A stretch of DNA of 56,898 nt, the filler included, from Sandaracinaceae bacterium (GTDB lineage Bacteria > Myxococcota_A > Polyangia > Polyangiales > JADJQN01): NCBI GenBank assembly GCA_947483975.1. It is 3 parts of 3 records of this genome, joined end to end, with 100 filler letters (N's around TTAATTAATTAA, not from the genome) between each part and the next. Parts side by side here need not be neighbours in the genome. Positions count along the whole stretch, not along the records: positions 1 to 19,020 come from CANKOL010000061.1; 2 more parts are not named here. One strand, given 5' to 3'. Position numbers and translations under genes: made by a program. The notes below the pieces were generated by a model that was given only the letters and a program-made list of their open reading frames with translations, made no database searches and was not told the DNA's origin. Shown here piece after piece: positions 9,577 through 19,020 of this stretch (position 1 is the first letter of the stretch; the number at the start of each line of letters is the position of its first letter).

Positions 9577-10164
9577 TCAGCGCTTCAGGCGCACGGCCGG
9601 CCCGTGGAATTCCGAGCGGGCGATCTCCTCGGGCGTGGTGCCGATGTCCGACTTGCCGGGCTCGAGGTCGAGCCCGCTCGCGCTGTAGCAATAGGCGACG
9701 TATTGCGCGCAAACGAAGGTGTGCGGCGTGCGCGCTTGCTTCGGCAGCGGCGTGCAGATCAAGTAGTGAAAGCCCACGCGGATCAGGTCCAAGATCGAAT
9801 ACGGGTCCCCGAGCAGCTCCATCGCGACTGCGGTCAGCTTCGCCTCGAACTCGGGCGTGCGGCGCTCGTCCTTCAGCGGAACCCAATCGACTTGCCCGCG
9901 ATAGCGGTCGATCGCGCGGCTCGCCGGCAGCGCCTGCACGCCGGGGCGCGCCTCCGCCTGCAGGACCATCAGCCGCTCTCCCCACCAGAACGCGAGCCCC
10001 GCGTGCGAGTAGCGCCCGTGCGAGAGGCGCCGGATGAAGGCCGAGAGCCAGTGCTGCCCGGAGAAGCAGAGGATGTCGCCGTTGCGAATCCGCTTCCGAT
10101 GCTCTCCGTAGAGGTCTGTGTCGAGCGTCCGCTCGGTCGGCAGCATCCGGTGCCGACTCACCAC
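9577..10164 (-). CDS. YiiX/YebB-like permuted papain-like NlpC/P60 cysteine hydrolase
   Basis: GDIL..., YSHAG (His), PY, and FVCAQYVA (Cys), i.e. His before Cys; start overlaps the upstream stop. Confidence 0.8.
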   Translation of the reverse strand: MVSRHRMLPTERTLDTDLYGEHRKRIRNGDILCFSGQHWLSAFIRRLSHGRYSHAGLAFWWGERLMVLQAEARPGVQALPASRAIDRYRGQVDWVPLKDERRTPEFEAKLTAVAMELLGDPYSILDLIRVGFHYLICTPLPKQARTPHTFVCAQYVAYCYSASGLDLEPGKSDIGTTPEEIARSEFHGPAVRLKR

Positions 10165-10775
10165 GTGATCTCGTAATTCGCGTCGCAGTCGGACAGGACC
10201 TCGATGCGCACCTCGGCGCGCTGACCGAAGAACGCCATGCCGCCCTCGAGCGAACCGAGCTGGAAGCTCTCCGTGAAGTCCCAGACGTTGCGCAGCTCGA
10301 TCACGCAGCGCCCGACGGTGATCTCCTTCACGACGCCCGTCGCGTGGTTGCTGATCACGGACCAGATCTTCGGATAGAGCGCGAGCGCGCGGTGCAGATC
10401 ACCGCCGGCGACGGTGAAGATGATCTTGCCGACCGTCGTGTCGACGAAGGTCGGATACATGCCCTGACCGAGGCGGCGCAGCCCCTCGTGCGGCGGGAGG
10501 TTCGGGTACATCAGCGCCCCCGCCTCGACGAGCAATTCAACCCAATCCGAGAGGCGATAGTCGCGAAACGCGTGATAGATGTGGGGTCGCAGATCGACCT
10601 GCGTGCGCAGCTTGGCGGCGGCGATGATCGTCCGAAAGAACATCCCCTTGACGGTGCCGTTGGACGGAAGCCTGCGCCGGCGCGCGTCGAGATCGAGCGG
10701 GCCGTGGAAGTCGGCGCGCGCGAAGCGCGTCACGGAACCGACTGCAGGGTTCGGACGGGGGAAGTCTTGGCTCAT
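10158..10775 (-). CDS. DUF2378 / TIGR02265 myxobacterial family protein
   Basis: TVKGMFF, F.DY..SDW, EGLRRLG...F..T.VG and G.LEG motifs typical of the family. Confidence 0.8.
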   Translation of the reverse strand: MSQDFPRPNPAVGSVTRFARADFHGPLDLDARRRRLPSNGTVKGMFFRTIIAAAKLRTQVDLRPHIYHAFRDYRLSDWVELLVEAGALMYPNLPPHEGLRRLGQGMYPTFVDTTVGKIIFTVAGGDLHRALALYPKIWSVISNHATGVVKEITVGRCVIELRNVWDFTESFQLGSLEGGMAFFGQRAEVRIEVLSDCDANYEITW

Positions 10776-10873
10776 GAGGGGGAATGGACGCCGAGGCTCG
10801 CTCCGGTCGGACCTTGTATCAAAGTGAGCATCGCCTCCATCCCGCGCGCGGTCAACTCCGCGGCGAGCGCGGG

Positions 10874-12871
10874 CTACTGCTCGGCAGCGGCAGAGGCGGC
10901 CCGGGCGCGCGCGGCGAGGGCGCTCGGCAGCGGGCGCATCCCCTCGGGCGCCGACTGTGCGCGGCCGTGCACCTCGCCGAAGAGCACCTCCATCGGCACC
11001 GGCGGGACGAGCTCCGTGCGCACGCCGCGCGAGTCGATGCGCAGCTCGAAGGAGTGCCCGTGCACGCCGAAGCGACGCAGATAGCGCACGGGCTCAGGGC
11101 CGTGCCGCACATGGTCGCGGTGCGCGAGCAAGAAGTCGGCGAGCCGGAGCGCGAGGTGATTGAAGAGCCGATGGCAGCCGTGGCTCGTGCCGCGGAGGAT
11201 CGAGGCGTACGACGCGGAGCCGTGCGTGCGGATCCCGCGGTCGAAGTAGCGCACGAGCTCGCCCTCTTCGCGCGGCTCGAGCACGACGTGCTGGATCAGC
11301 ATCGCGAGGCCGTACGCGCTCGCGAAGCCAGGCCCGAAGGCGTCGCGCTTGACCCGCCAGCCGAGGGCCGAGTCCCGGCGCACGAGGTCCTCGTCGGGCG
11401 TCGTCGGGGGCGGCAGCCACGCGGGCGAGGCGACGAGGTCGCGCCAAACGCGCGGCCCGACGTCGCTGTTCTTGTAGCGGAGCCCGACGCGCCCCCCCGG
11501 CAGCTGCTCCGTCTGCCAGCCGCCGATGGTCGTCGGCCAGCGCACGAGGGCGCGCTCGCGGTCGCCGTCGCGCGCATAGAGCACGATGCGCGGGCGGCGG
11601 GTCACCGCCTGCGACACGCGCTGCCCGGTCGCCGTGTACGGGAAGTCGTACCAGACGTCACCGCGATCGAGCGCCGCGCGCAGCTCCATGTGCGGCCGGT
11701 GATAGTCCGGCGGAGGCGGGAGCGAGACGGCGACGAGGAGCCCCGCGGCGTCTGCGCGATGCGCGTCGAAGAACGCGCGGGTCGCGTCGAAGCTCGTCCA
11801 GCCGAGCGCGCGTGCGGCGGCCTCGGTCGCCGGTGAGATCAGGTCGGGCGCGGCGTCCGGCAGCGGCGGCTCGCTCGCGAAAGCCCGAAATTCTGCCGCC
11901 TCGAGCGTGCGACCGAGCACCGTGCCCCACGCCGCGCCCGCGGAGCCGTCCTCGATGAGCCCGGTCGCGTCGACGACCCGCTCACGGAGCGCGCGCAGCA
12001 CAGCTTGGAAGTCGAGCTCGCGGCTGTCCTCGAGGAACACCGCGCGCGTCGGCGCATCGAGGAAGCCTGGGCGCGATGGCACCATATGCAGGCGCTGATA
12101 GGCGCTGAGCGCGGCGACGGCGTACGGCTCGTACACGCCGTCGACGGCGCGGCTCGAGAGCAGCCCCTCGCAGCGCAGATGCGCCTGCACCGCGAGCACG
12201 GGCTCGACGCGCCCAGCGACCTGCGCGAGCCGGCGGCGCTGCATCCGCAGCCACGGCGGCATCGGCTGCGAGGTGTCGCGCGTCGCCTCCGAGCGCGCGA
12301 GCTGCACGGTCAGGCGACGGTAGAGCTCCACCTCGGCCGCGCGCGCCGCCGGGTCACCGTACGGCGCGATCACGCGCTCGGCTGCGGCGAGCGGCGCATC
12401 GTCGATCGCCTGATGACAGGCGTGCCGCGCGTCGGCGGTCAGGCGCGCCGTCAGCAGGGTGAACGTCGGCGTGATCCCGTACAGCTCGAGGAAGCGATCC
12501 GTCCGCGCGCGGTCGAAGTCCTCGCCCTCGCCGAACTGCTGCGCGGCGAGCGCGCGATAGGTCTCGACGTAAGGCTGCGCGCCCTCGGCGCCGAGCGCGT
12601 CGTCGGGCGCGAGCAAGAACGGCGTCCACGCGTCGCGCAGGTCGACGACGACGAGCCCGCGCGCCTCGGCGCCTTCGCGCGTCGTCGTGCCCGTCGCGCG
12701 CCCCGCGTCGAAGACCACGACCTGCCCGCGGTCGTGCGGCCGGTCGCCCTGTCGGCTCCGCGTCGGCGAGTCCGCGAGCGCAAGTCGCCACGGCGCGAGG
12801 GCTGCGAAGGCGCAGCCGAGAAACGCGAGCCTGAAACTGAGGGAAGCGCGCACGAGCCCCTGTGCGCTCAC
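10874..12871 (-). CDS. Secreted L,D-transpeptidase-family (YkuD) protein with a PG-binding-like domain
   Basis: IRTHGS...SHGCHRL catalytic motif; DGVY...ALSAYQR...G.LDAPT PG-binding-like segment; signal peptide after GTG 12871 or 12853. The upstream ORF extension overlaps the next gene. Confidence 0.78.
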   Translation of the reverse strand: MSAQGLVRASLSFRLAFLGCAFAALAPWRLALADSPTRSRQGDRPHDRGQVVVFDAGRATGTTTREGAEARGLVVVDLRDAWTPFLLAPDDALGAEGAQPYVETYRALAAQQFGEGEDFDRARTDRFLELYGITPTFTLLTARLTADARHACHQAIDDAPLAAAERVIAPYGDPAARAAEVELYRRLTVQLARSEATRDTSQPMPPWLRMQRRRLAQVAGRVEPVLAVQAHLRCEGLLSSRAVDGVYEPYAVAALSAYQRLHMVPSRPGFLDAPTRAVFLEDSRELDFQAVLRALRERVVDATGLIEDGSAGAAWGTVLGRTLEAAEFRAFASEPPLPDAAPDLISPATEAAARALGWTSFDATRAFFDAHRADAAGLLVAVSLPPPPDYHRPHMELRAALDRGDVWYDFPYTATGQRVSQAVTRRPRIVLYARDGDRERALVRWPTTIGGWQTEQLPGGRVGLRYKNSDVGPRVWRDLVASPAWLPPPTTPDEDLVRRDSALGWRVKRDAFGPGFASAYGLAMLIQHVVLEPREEGELVRYFDRGIRTHGSASYASILRGTSHGCHRLFNHLALRLADFLLAHRDHVRHGPEPVRYLRRFGVHGHSFELRIDSRGVRTELVPPVPMEVLFGEVHGRAQSAPEGMRPLPSALAARARAASAAAEQ

Positions 12872-12955
12872 TATTCCGCGCCCCACGTGTGATGCCAAGG
12901 CGCTCGTGGCTCGCCGCCGAAACAATCGTTGACCGGCACCTCGAGCTAGGCGAGC

Positions 12956-13789
12956 GTGAAGCCGATGCTCGAAGACCTCGTGATCGATCCCGAAGTCTCC
13001 CGCGCGATCGACCGCATCCCCAACCGCCTCAACGAGTTCGGCTACGACCCCTGGGGCCTGCATCCCGAGAGCGCGAAGCTCTATTTTTCCTTGGCGAAGC
13101 GCATCTCGGCGTACTTCCGCCCGGAGTTCCACGGGCTCGAGCATCTGCCCGCGGGGCGCGTGCTGATCGTGCCGAATCACTCCGGTCAGCTGCCGTTCGA
13201 CGGGCTCGTCATCTCGGTCGCGGCGCTGCTGCGCGCCGAACCGCCGCGCCTCTTGCGTTCGATGGCCGAGCGCTGGGTGCCGACGTTGCCCTGGGTGAGC
13301 GAGTACTTCTCGCGGAGCGGCGTCGTCGTCGGCGATCCGATCAACTGCCGCAATTTGCTGCTCGAGGACAACGCCATCCTCGTGTTCCCCGAGGGCACAC
13401 GCGGCTCCGGCAAGGTCTGGCGAGACCGCTACCGTCTGCGCAAATTCGGGCGCGGCTTCATGCGCCTCGCGCTGCAGACGGACACGCCGATCGTGCCGGT
13501 CGCGCTGATCGGCGGCGAGGAGTCGATCGTCAGCGTGCACGACGCGCGCAGGCTCGCGAGGCTCTTCGGCGCGCCGTACGTCCCGGTGCACCCGCTCGCG
13601 CCGCTGCTCGGGCCGCTCGCGTACGTGCCGCTGCCCGTGAAGTTCCACGTCTGGTTCGGCGAGCCGCTGCGCTTCACCGGGCCCTTCGACGATGAGGACG
13701 CCGCGATCGAGGCGAAGGTCGCGGTCGTCGAGCGCGCGGTGCAGCGTCTGATCGACGACGGCCTCGAGCGTCGTCGGGGGCTCTTCTGA
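12956..13789 (+). CDS. Lysophospholipid acyltransferase (LPLAT, MGAT/DGAT2-like)
   Basis: NHSGQLPFD, VFPEG, GRGFMRLA..T.TPIVPV motifs. Start may be ATG 12965. Confidence 0.9.
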   Translation: MKPMLEDLVIDPEVSRAIDRIPNRLNEFGYDPWGLHPESAKLYFSLAKRISAYFRPEFHGLEHLPAGRVLIVPNHSGQLPFDGLVISVAALLRAEPPRLLRSMAERWVPTLPWVSEYFSRSGVVVGDPINCRNLLLEDNAILVFPEGTRGSGKVWRDRYRLRKFGRGFMRLALQTDTPIVPVALIGGEESIVSVHDARRLARLFGAPYVPVHPLAPLLGPLAYVPLPVKFHVWFGEPLRFTGPFDDEDAAIEAKVAVVERAVQRLIDDGLERRRGLF

Positions 13790-14721
13790 TGGCCACCTTC
13801 CTCGTCACCGGCATCGCCGGCGGGCTCGCGCAGCACGTCGCCGAGCGCCTCCTCGTCCTCGGTCACGACGTCGTCGGCGCCGACTATCGGCCCGTCGAGA
13901 GCCTGCCCGACGCGCTCGCGGAGCGCGTCCCCGTGTACCGCGCGAACTACAACAAGACCGCGATCGAGACGGTCTTCCGGCACCACCCGATCGAGCGCGT
14001 GCTGCACCTCGGGCGCGTCGGGAACCTCAAGGAGTCGAGCGGCAAGCGCTTCGATCTCAACGTCGTCGGCTCGCAGAAGCTGATGAGCCTCTGCGAGCAG
14101 CACGGCATCGAACGCCTCGTCGTGCTCTCGACGTTCCACATCTACGGCGCCGAGGCGTCGAACCACATCCCGATCGCCGAGGACGAGCCCGTCCGCGCCG
14201 GCGTGCATTACCCACAGCTCGCCGACGCGATCCAGCTCGACAACATGGCCTGCACCTGGGCGTGGAAGCACCCGCGCGCGCACGTCTGTGTGCTGCGCCC
14301 GACGAACGTGATCGGCCCGCGCCTGCGCAACACGATGAGCGAGGTGCTGCGCCTGCCGCGCATCCCGCGCCTGCTCGGCTACGATCCGATGACGCAGTTC
14401 CTCTTCGAGTCGGACCTCGCGGATGCGATCGTCGCCGCGGGCACGCAGCTCTCGGTCGGCATCTTCAACGTCGCGGGGATGGGCGCGATCCCGTGGACCA
14501 CGGCGACCGAGTGCGCCGGCGCCGACGGGCTCTGGCTCCCCGCGCCCGCCGTGCGCCTCTACGCCAAGCTCTTCTCGAACCTCCCGGCGTACCTCGTCAA
14601 CTTCCTCAAGTACCCGTGCGTGATCACCGACGCCGCGTTCCGCGAGGCCTTCCATTGGTCGCCGAGCGTCGGCCTCGCCGACTCGATCGCGCGCACGGTC
14701 GAGACGCGCGGGCTGCCGTGA
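13789..14721 (+). CDS. NAD-dependent epimerase/dehydratase-family (extended, atypical SDR) protein
   Basis: VTGIAGGLA, NVVGS, ST...YG, LRP.NV.GP, GIFNVAG; TGATG overlap with the acyltransferase. Confidence 0.85.
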   Translation: MATFLVTGIAGGLAQHVAERLLVLGHDVVGADYRPVESLPDALAERVPVYRANYNKTAIETVFRHHPIERVLHLGRVGNLKESSGKRFDLNVVGSQKLMSLCEQHGIERLVVLSTFHIYGAEASNHIPIAEDEPVRAGVHYPQLADAIQLDNMACTWAWKHPRAHVCVLRPTNVIGPRLRNTMSEVLRLPRIPRLLGYDPMTQFLFESDLADAIVAAGTQLSVGIFNVAGMGAIPWTTATECAGADGLWLPAPAVRLYAKLFSNLPAYLVNFLKYPCVITDAAFREAFHWSPSVGLADSIARTVETRGLP

Positions 14722-14763
14722 CCCGCACGACCCACGGGCTGCCGTAACCCGCACGACCCACGG
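14709..14763. repeat. 26-bp tandem duplication spanning a stop codon
   Basis: CGGGCTGCCGTGACCCGCACGACCCA followed by CGGGCTGCCGTAACCCGCACGACCCA (one mismatch, TGA to TAA), then CGG. Confidence 0.9.
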
Positions 14764-14773
14764 ATGACGCTGC

Positions 14774-15715
14774 TCAGCCGAGCGCGCGGGCTTCGATCCA
14801 CTCGATGACGCGCGCGGAGTAGTCCACTCCGTCGAGGCGCGCCATCTGCTGGATGCCCGTCGGGCTCGTCACGTTGACCTCGGTCAGCTTGCCGCCGATC
14901 ACGTCGAGCCCAACGAAATACAGGCCATCCTCGCGCAGCCGCTCAGCGACGCCCGCGATGATCGCGCGGTCCGCGTCGTCGAGCACGGCGCTCTCGACGG
15001 TCCCGCCGACGTGGATGTTCGAGCGCAGGTCGTCCTTCCGAGGCACGCGCAGGATCGCGCCGAGCGGCTCGCCGTCGAGCAGCAGGATGCGCTTGTCGCC
15101 CTGCACGACCGCGGGCAGGTACTTCTGCACCATCGCGACGCGCTGACCGCTCAGCGTCGTCGCCTCGACGATCGCGTTGAAGTTCATGTCGCCGACGGTC
15201 AGCCCCATCACGCCCGCGCCGCCCGCGCCCGAGAGCGGCTTGATCACCGCGCGCCCGCCGACGTCCGCGACGAACTCCTTGATGCGCGCCGCGTCGTTCG
15301 TGACGAGCGTGTCGGTCATCAGCGCCGGGAAATGACAGGCGTAGAGCTTCTCGTTCGCGTCGCGCAGCCCGCGCGGGTCGTTGACGACCAGCGTCTCGCC
15401 GCGCAGCGTCTCGAGCAGCTGCGTGCCCCACAGATACGTCTCGTCGAACGGCGGATCGCGCCGCACGAGCACCGCGTCGACGTCGCGCAGGCAGACGTCC
15501 TCCGCCTCACCGAGCGTGATCGGGCGCGCGGGATCGCGCTGCATCGTCGCAGGACGCACGCGGGCGTGCGCGACGCCGCCGAGCAAGTAGAGGTCGGTCA
15601 TCGCGCAGTGATCGACGCGATGACCGCGCGCCTGCGCGGCCTCCATCAGGGCGAACGAGGTGTCCGCATCCACCTGAACGGTGTGCGGAGGATCCATCAC
15701 GCAGACGAGATGCAT
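14774..15715 (-). CDS. gshB: Glutathione synthase
   Basis: MDP...DTSFALM, R.DPPFD, NEKL, KPL.G.GG, GDKRI, RSN...GG, GLDVIG..LTEVNVTSPTG ATP-grasp motifs. Confidence 0.96.
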   Translation of the reverse strand: MHLVCVMDPPHTVQVDADTSFALMEAAQARGHRVDHCAMTDLYLLGGVAHARVRPATMQRDPARPITLGEAEDVCLRDVDAVLVRRDPPFDETYLWGTQLLETLRGETLVVNDPRGLRDANEKLYACHFPALMTDTLVTNDAARIKEFVADVGGRAVIKPLSGAGGAGVMGLTVGDMNFNAIVEATTLSGQRVAMVQKYLPAVVQGDKRILLLDGEPLGAILRVPRKDDLRSNIHVGGTVESAVLDDADRAIIAGVAERLREDGLYFVGLDVIGGKLTEVNVTSPTGIQQMARLDGVDYSARVIEWIEARALG

Positions 15716-15725
15716 CAGGGGCCGG

Positions 15726-16238
15726 TCAGAGACCGTTCTCGCGGATGAACTTGTTGGTGAAGACCATCGTCTGCGCGTACGCCTCGCGCGTCTGCTTCTC
15801 GATGAACGACTCGAGCGCGCCGCCGATGCCGAAGATCTTCGCCTCGAGGTCCACCGTGCAGATGCGCTCGATCTTCTTCTCGCCGCGCGCCTCGACCCAG
15901 TACTCGCCGCGCGTCGTCAGCTTCTCGGCCATGCGGTTCGGCGTGATCGTGTAGCGCCAGCGCTTGCCGACGGGGTCGAAGCGCCCCTCCTCGGTGTACG
16001 CGATGCCGTCGCCGATCGCCTTCTTCAGGAGGCCCGGCACGTCGAAGTTCGGCTCCATCACGGTGCGCCGGACGATCACGCCGCCGGGCTCCTCGCGCTG
16101 CTCGAGGATCTCCCAGCGCTTGTACTTCAGCACCTCGTGATAGAGGCGCTTGTTGTACTCGGGGTTGAAGAAGACCTTCGGCCAGAAGGTCGCTTCGTCG
16201 GTGTCGAAGACGTGCTTGAGAACGAGGTGCGTTGCCAT
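15726..16238 (-). CDS. DUF2505-like (START/SRPBCC fold) protein
   Basis: 170 aa with P..LKK.IG...Y.EE and KIFGIGGALE.FI pattern; co-oriented within an operon. Confidence 0.65.
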   Translation of the reverse strand: MATHLVLKHVFDTDEATFWPKVFFNPEYNKRLYHEVLKYKRWEILEQREEPGGVIVRRTVMEPNFDVPGLLKKAIGDGIAYTEEGRFDPVGKRWRYTITPNRMAEKLTTRGEYWVEARGEKKIERICTVDLEAKIFGIGGALESFIEKQTREAYAQTMVFTNKFIRENGL

Positions 16239-16260
16239 CGGTCGCGCTCCGTGAGCGGGC

Positions 16261-17022
16261 TCAGGCTTCGACCGCGACGACGACGACGGTGACGTTGTCC
16301 TCGCCGCCGTTCGCGTTCGCCAAGCGGACGAGCTCGCGCGCGCCGTCTTCGGGCGCGTGGGTGGTCATGACGGAACAGATCTGCTCGTCCGTGACCATGC
16401 CGGAGAGGCCATCGGAGCACAGCACGTAGCGGTCGCCGATCTCGGCGTGCTCGGGGACGAGGTCGACGACGACCGAGTCCTGCATGCCGAGCGCGCGCGT
16501 GATGACGTTCTTCGGGAGCTCGTCGCGCTGCTCCTTGGTCATGTCGGGCATGACGAGGAGGTAGTCGTTGACGAGCGAGTGATCGCGCGTGAGCTGCGTG
16601 ATCTGCCCCGCGCGGACGCGGTAGCAGCGGCTGTCGCCGACGTGCGCGACGTAGACCCGCGTGTGGTCCTTCGAGAAGAGGGCGCCGACGATCGTGGTCC
16701 CCATGCCGGCGACCGTGCGGTCGCGCGAGGAGGCCTCGAAGATCTGCTTGTTGGCGACCTTGATGCCCGTGATCAGGCGGTTCTCTTCGACCGACAGATG
16801 CGTGTCGAAGTGGAACGGCCAGGTGGCGTCTTCCCCGGCGGTCGCCTGGAAGAAGGACGCAATGGCGTGGGTGGCCATCTTGCTGGCGACGTCACCAGCC
16901 TTGTGGCCCCCCATACCGTCGGCGACGACGAAGAGGTCGAATTCGGTGAGGATGCAGTAGCTATCCTCGTTGTGCTCTCTTTGCAGACCTACGTCCGAGA
17001 GCCCTGCGGCGATGACGTTCAT
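16261..17022 (-). CDS. PP2C/Stp1-family Ser/Thr protein phosphatase
   Basis: G..REHNEDS, VADGMGGH..G..AS, GMGTT, HVGDSR.Y, TRDHS, LCSDGL, GGEDNVT. Confidence 0.95.
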   Translation of the reverse strand: MNVIAAGLSDVGLQREHNEDSYCILTEFDLFVVADGMGGHKAGDVASKMATHAIASFFQATAGEDATWPFHFDTHLSVEENRLITGIKVANKQIFEASSRDRTVAGMGTTIVGALFSKDHTRVYVAHVGDSRCYRVRAGQITQLTRDHSLVNDYLLVMPDMTKEQRDELPKNVITRALGMQDSVVVDLVPEHAEIGDRYVLCSDGLSGMVTDEQICSVMTTHAPEDGARELVRLANANGGEDNVTVVVVAVEA

Positions 17023-17084
17023 GGCGTCGAGCGCGCGACCTTTCGCGAAGAAGTGTCGGCAACCGTCTTACGCGGCGGCCCCTG

Positions 17085-17090
17085 TGTCAA
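17085..17090 (-). promoter_or_regulatory. Candidate sigma70 -35 box (TTGACA) for the PP2C-DUF2505-gshB operon
   Basis: Perfect TTGACA on the minus strand about 65 nt upstream of the PP2C ATG, in a divergent intergenic region; the -10 match is weak. Confidence 0.3.
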
Positions 17091-17197
17091 GACCGATCAG
17101 CGCGCGAGGGGTCCCAAATCGGCACTGTTGGGAAGCCGTGCGCTCTACGCGCACGCCGCTCTTCCCGCGCGCGACCGTTCTGGTAGTGTCCCCGCCC

Positions 17198-18262
17198 ATG
17201 ACCAGCGGAACCAAGAAGATCGCGGTGATTCCAGGGGACGGCATCGGTACGGAGGTCGTGCGCGAGGGCGTGCGCGTGCTCGAGACGCTGAAGGAGCTGC
17301 GCGGCTATCCGCTCGAGCTCTGGCACCTCGATCTCGGCGCCGACCGCTACCTGCGCGACGGCACGACGTTCCCGAAGGAGGTCTTCGAGACCATCCGCAC
17401 GGAGTGCTCGGCGGTGCTGCTCGGCGCCCTCGGCGACCCGCGCGTGCCGGGGCTCGAGCACGCGAAGGACATCCTCTTCGGGCTGCGCTTCGGGCTCGAT
17501 CTCTATTGCAACGTGCGCCCCGTCGTCTGCCTCGCGGACCGGCTGATGCCGCTCAAGGGCAAGACCGCGAAGGACTGCAACTTCGTCGTCTTCCGCGAGA
17601 ACACCGAGGGCATCTACGTCGGCATGGGCGGGCAGTTCAAGCGCGGCACGCCCGACGAGATCGCGATCAACGAGGACCTGAACACGCGCAAGGGCGTCGA
17701 GCGCGTGATCCGCGCGGCGTTCGAGTTCGCGGTACAGACGGGCCGCAAGCGCGTGCACATGGCCGACAAATCGAACGCGATGCGGCACGCGCACGAGCTC
17801 TGGTACCGGGTGTTCTTCGAGGTCGCGAAGGAGTACCCGCAGCTCGAGGCGAAGCACGTCTACGTCGACGCGATGTGCCTGTATCTCGTGCAGGATCCGT
17901 CGATGTTCGAGGTCGTCGTCACCTGCAACCTGTTCGGCGACATCGTGACGGATCTCGGCGCGGGCTTGCAGGGCGGGCTCGGCATGGCGGGCAGCGGGAA
18001 CATCAACCCGGGCAAGCTCAGCATGTTCGAGCCGGTGCACGGCAGCGCGCCTCCGCTCGCGGGCAAGGACCTCGCGAACCCACTCGCGACGGTGCTGACC
18101 GTCGGCATGATGATGACGCACCTCGGCTGGCCCGAAGAAGAGGCGCGCCTGACGGAGCTCGTGCGCGACGCGATCGACACGATGAACTGCACCGCCGACG
18201 TCGGCGGCAAGCTCGGCACGCGCGCGGTCGGCGACTACATCGTCGGGCGCCTGCGCGGCTGA
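17198..18262 (+). CDS. leuB: 3-isopropylmalate dehydrogenase (type 2 LeuB-like) / beta-decarboxylating dehydrogenase
   Basis: IPGDGIG.EV, LLGALGDPRV, RENTEG.Y, K.NAM, NLFGDI.TD, FEPVHGSAP; ATG 17198. Substrate not certain because no other leu genes are adjacent. Confidence 0.8.
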   Translation: MTSGTKKIAVIPGDGIGTEVVREGVRVLETLKELRGYPLELWHLDLGADRYLRDGTTFPKEVFETIRTECSAVLLGALGDPRVPGLEHAKDILFGLRFGLDLYCNVRPVVCLADRLMPLKGKTAKDCNFVVFRENTEGIYVGMGGQFKRGTPDEIAINEDLNTRKGVERVIRAAFEFAVQTGRKRVHMADKSNAMRHAHELWYRVFFEVAKEYPQLEAKHVYVDAMCLYLVQDPSMFEVVVTCNLFGDIVTDLGAGLQGGLGMAGSGNINPGKLSMFEPVHGSAPPLAGKDLANPLATVLTVGMMMTHLGWPEEEARLTELVRDAIDTMNCTADVGGKLGTRAVGDYIVGRLRG

Positions 18263-18284
18263 AGAGCCGTCGCTTCGTAGGGAG

Positions 18285-19019
18285 TCAGCGCTCTTCGCCG
18301 ACGCGCGCGCGGTCGAGCGTCGGCGGCAGCGCGAACGGCCAGCCGCGGGCCGGATCGCGCAGATACTCGTAGCGCGCGAGGTGCGAGAGGACGCGCCGCA
18401 CGTAGTTGCGCGTCTGGTCGACGGGGATGCGCTCGACGAAGCGCGCGAGGTCCTCGTCGGGGAGCGCGCGCAGCCAGCGGCGGACGCGCGGCCCGCCGGC
18501 GTTGTAGGCGGCGATCGCGAGCGGCCACTGGTCGCCGAACGCGCGCAGCAGCGATGCGTGATAGGCGGCGGAGAGGCGGATGTTCGTCGCCGGCTCGAAG
18601 AGGCGCGCGCGGTCGAAGGGGCGGATACCGAGCGTGTCGGCGAGGCGGCGCGCGGTCGCGGGGATCAGCTGCAGGAGACCGATCGCGTCGGCGTAAGAGA
18701 CGGCGTCCGGGTCGTAGCCGCTCTCCTGGCGCATGATCGCGTAGAGGTAGTCGGCGGGCAGACGCTGCTCGCTCGTCGCGGCGAGGACGGCGTCCTCGTA
18801 GGGGCGCGGATACGCGGCCGCCCAGAGCCAGGCGTCGTCGAGGCTCGGGGCGTGCGAGAGCGTCGCGCGGGAGGCGACGAGGCGATACGCGCGGGACGCG
18901 TCGCCGAGCGCGAGGTACGCGCCGGCGAGCGCCTCGAGGTCGCGTCCGCGCGGCGCCGCGTGGCGCACGGCGTCCTCGTCGTGTCGGAGGGCGGCGAGCG
19001 CGTCCTCGCGGAGCCCGAG
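18285..19019 (-). CDS. Soluble lytic transglycosylase (SLT domain), 5'-truncated at gap
   Basis: AIMRQES, A.GLLQL.P.TA, AAYNAG, IP..QTRNYV; frame is open up to the gap. Confidence 0.92.
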   Translation of the reverse strand, partial: LGLREDALAALRHDEDAVRHAAPRGRDLEALAGAYLALGDASRAYRLVASRATLSHAPSLDDAWLWAAAYPRPYEDAVLAATSEQRLPADYLYAIMRQESGYDPDAVSYADAIGLLQLIPATARRLADTLGIRPFDRARLFEPATNIRLSAAYHASLLRAFGDQWPLAIAAYNAGGPRVRRWLRALPDEDLARFVERIPVDQTRNYVRRVLSHLARYEYLRDPARGWPFALPPTLDRARVGEER

Positions 19020-19020
19020 C

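Noticed and set aside
12872..13648. N-terminal extension giving the 924-aa minus-strand ORF
   Set aside because: It is antisense to the acyltransferase; the signal peptide starts near 12871.
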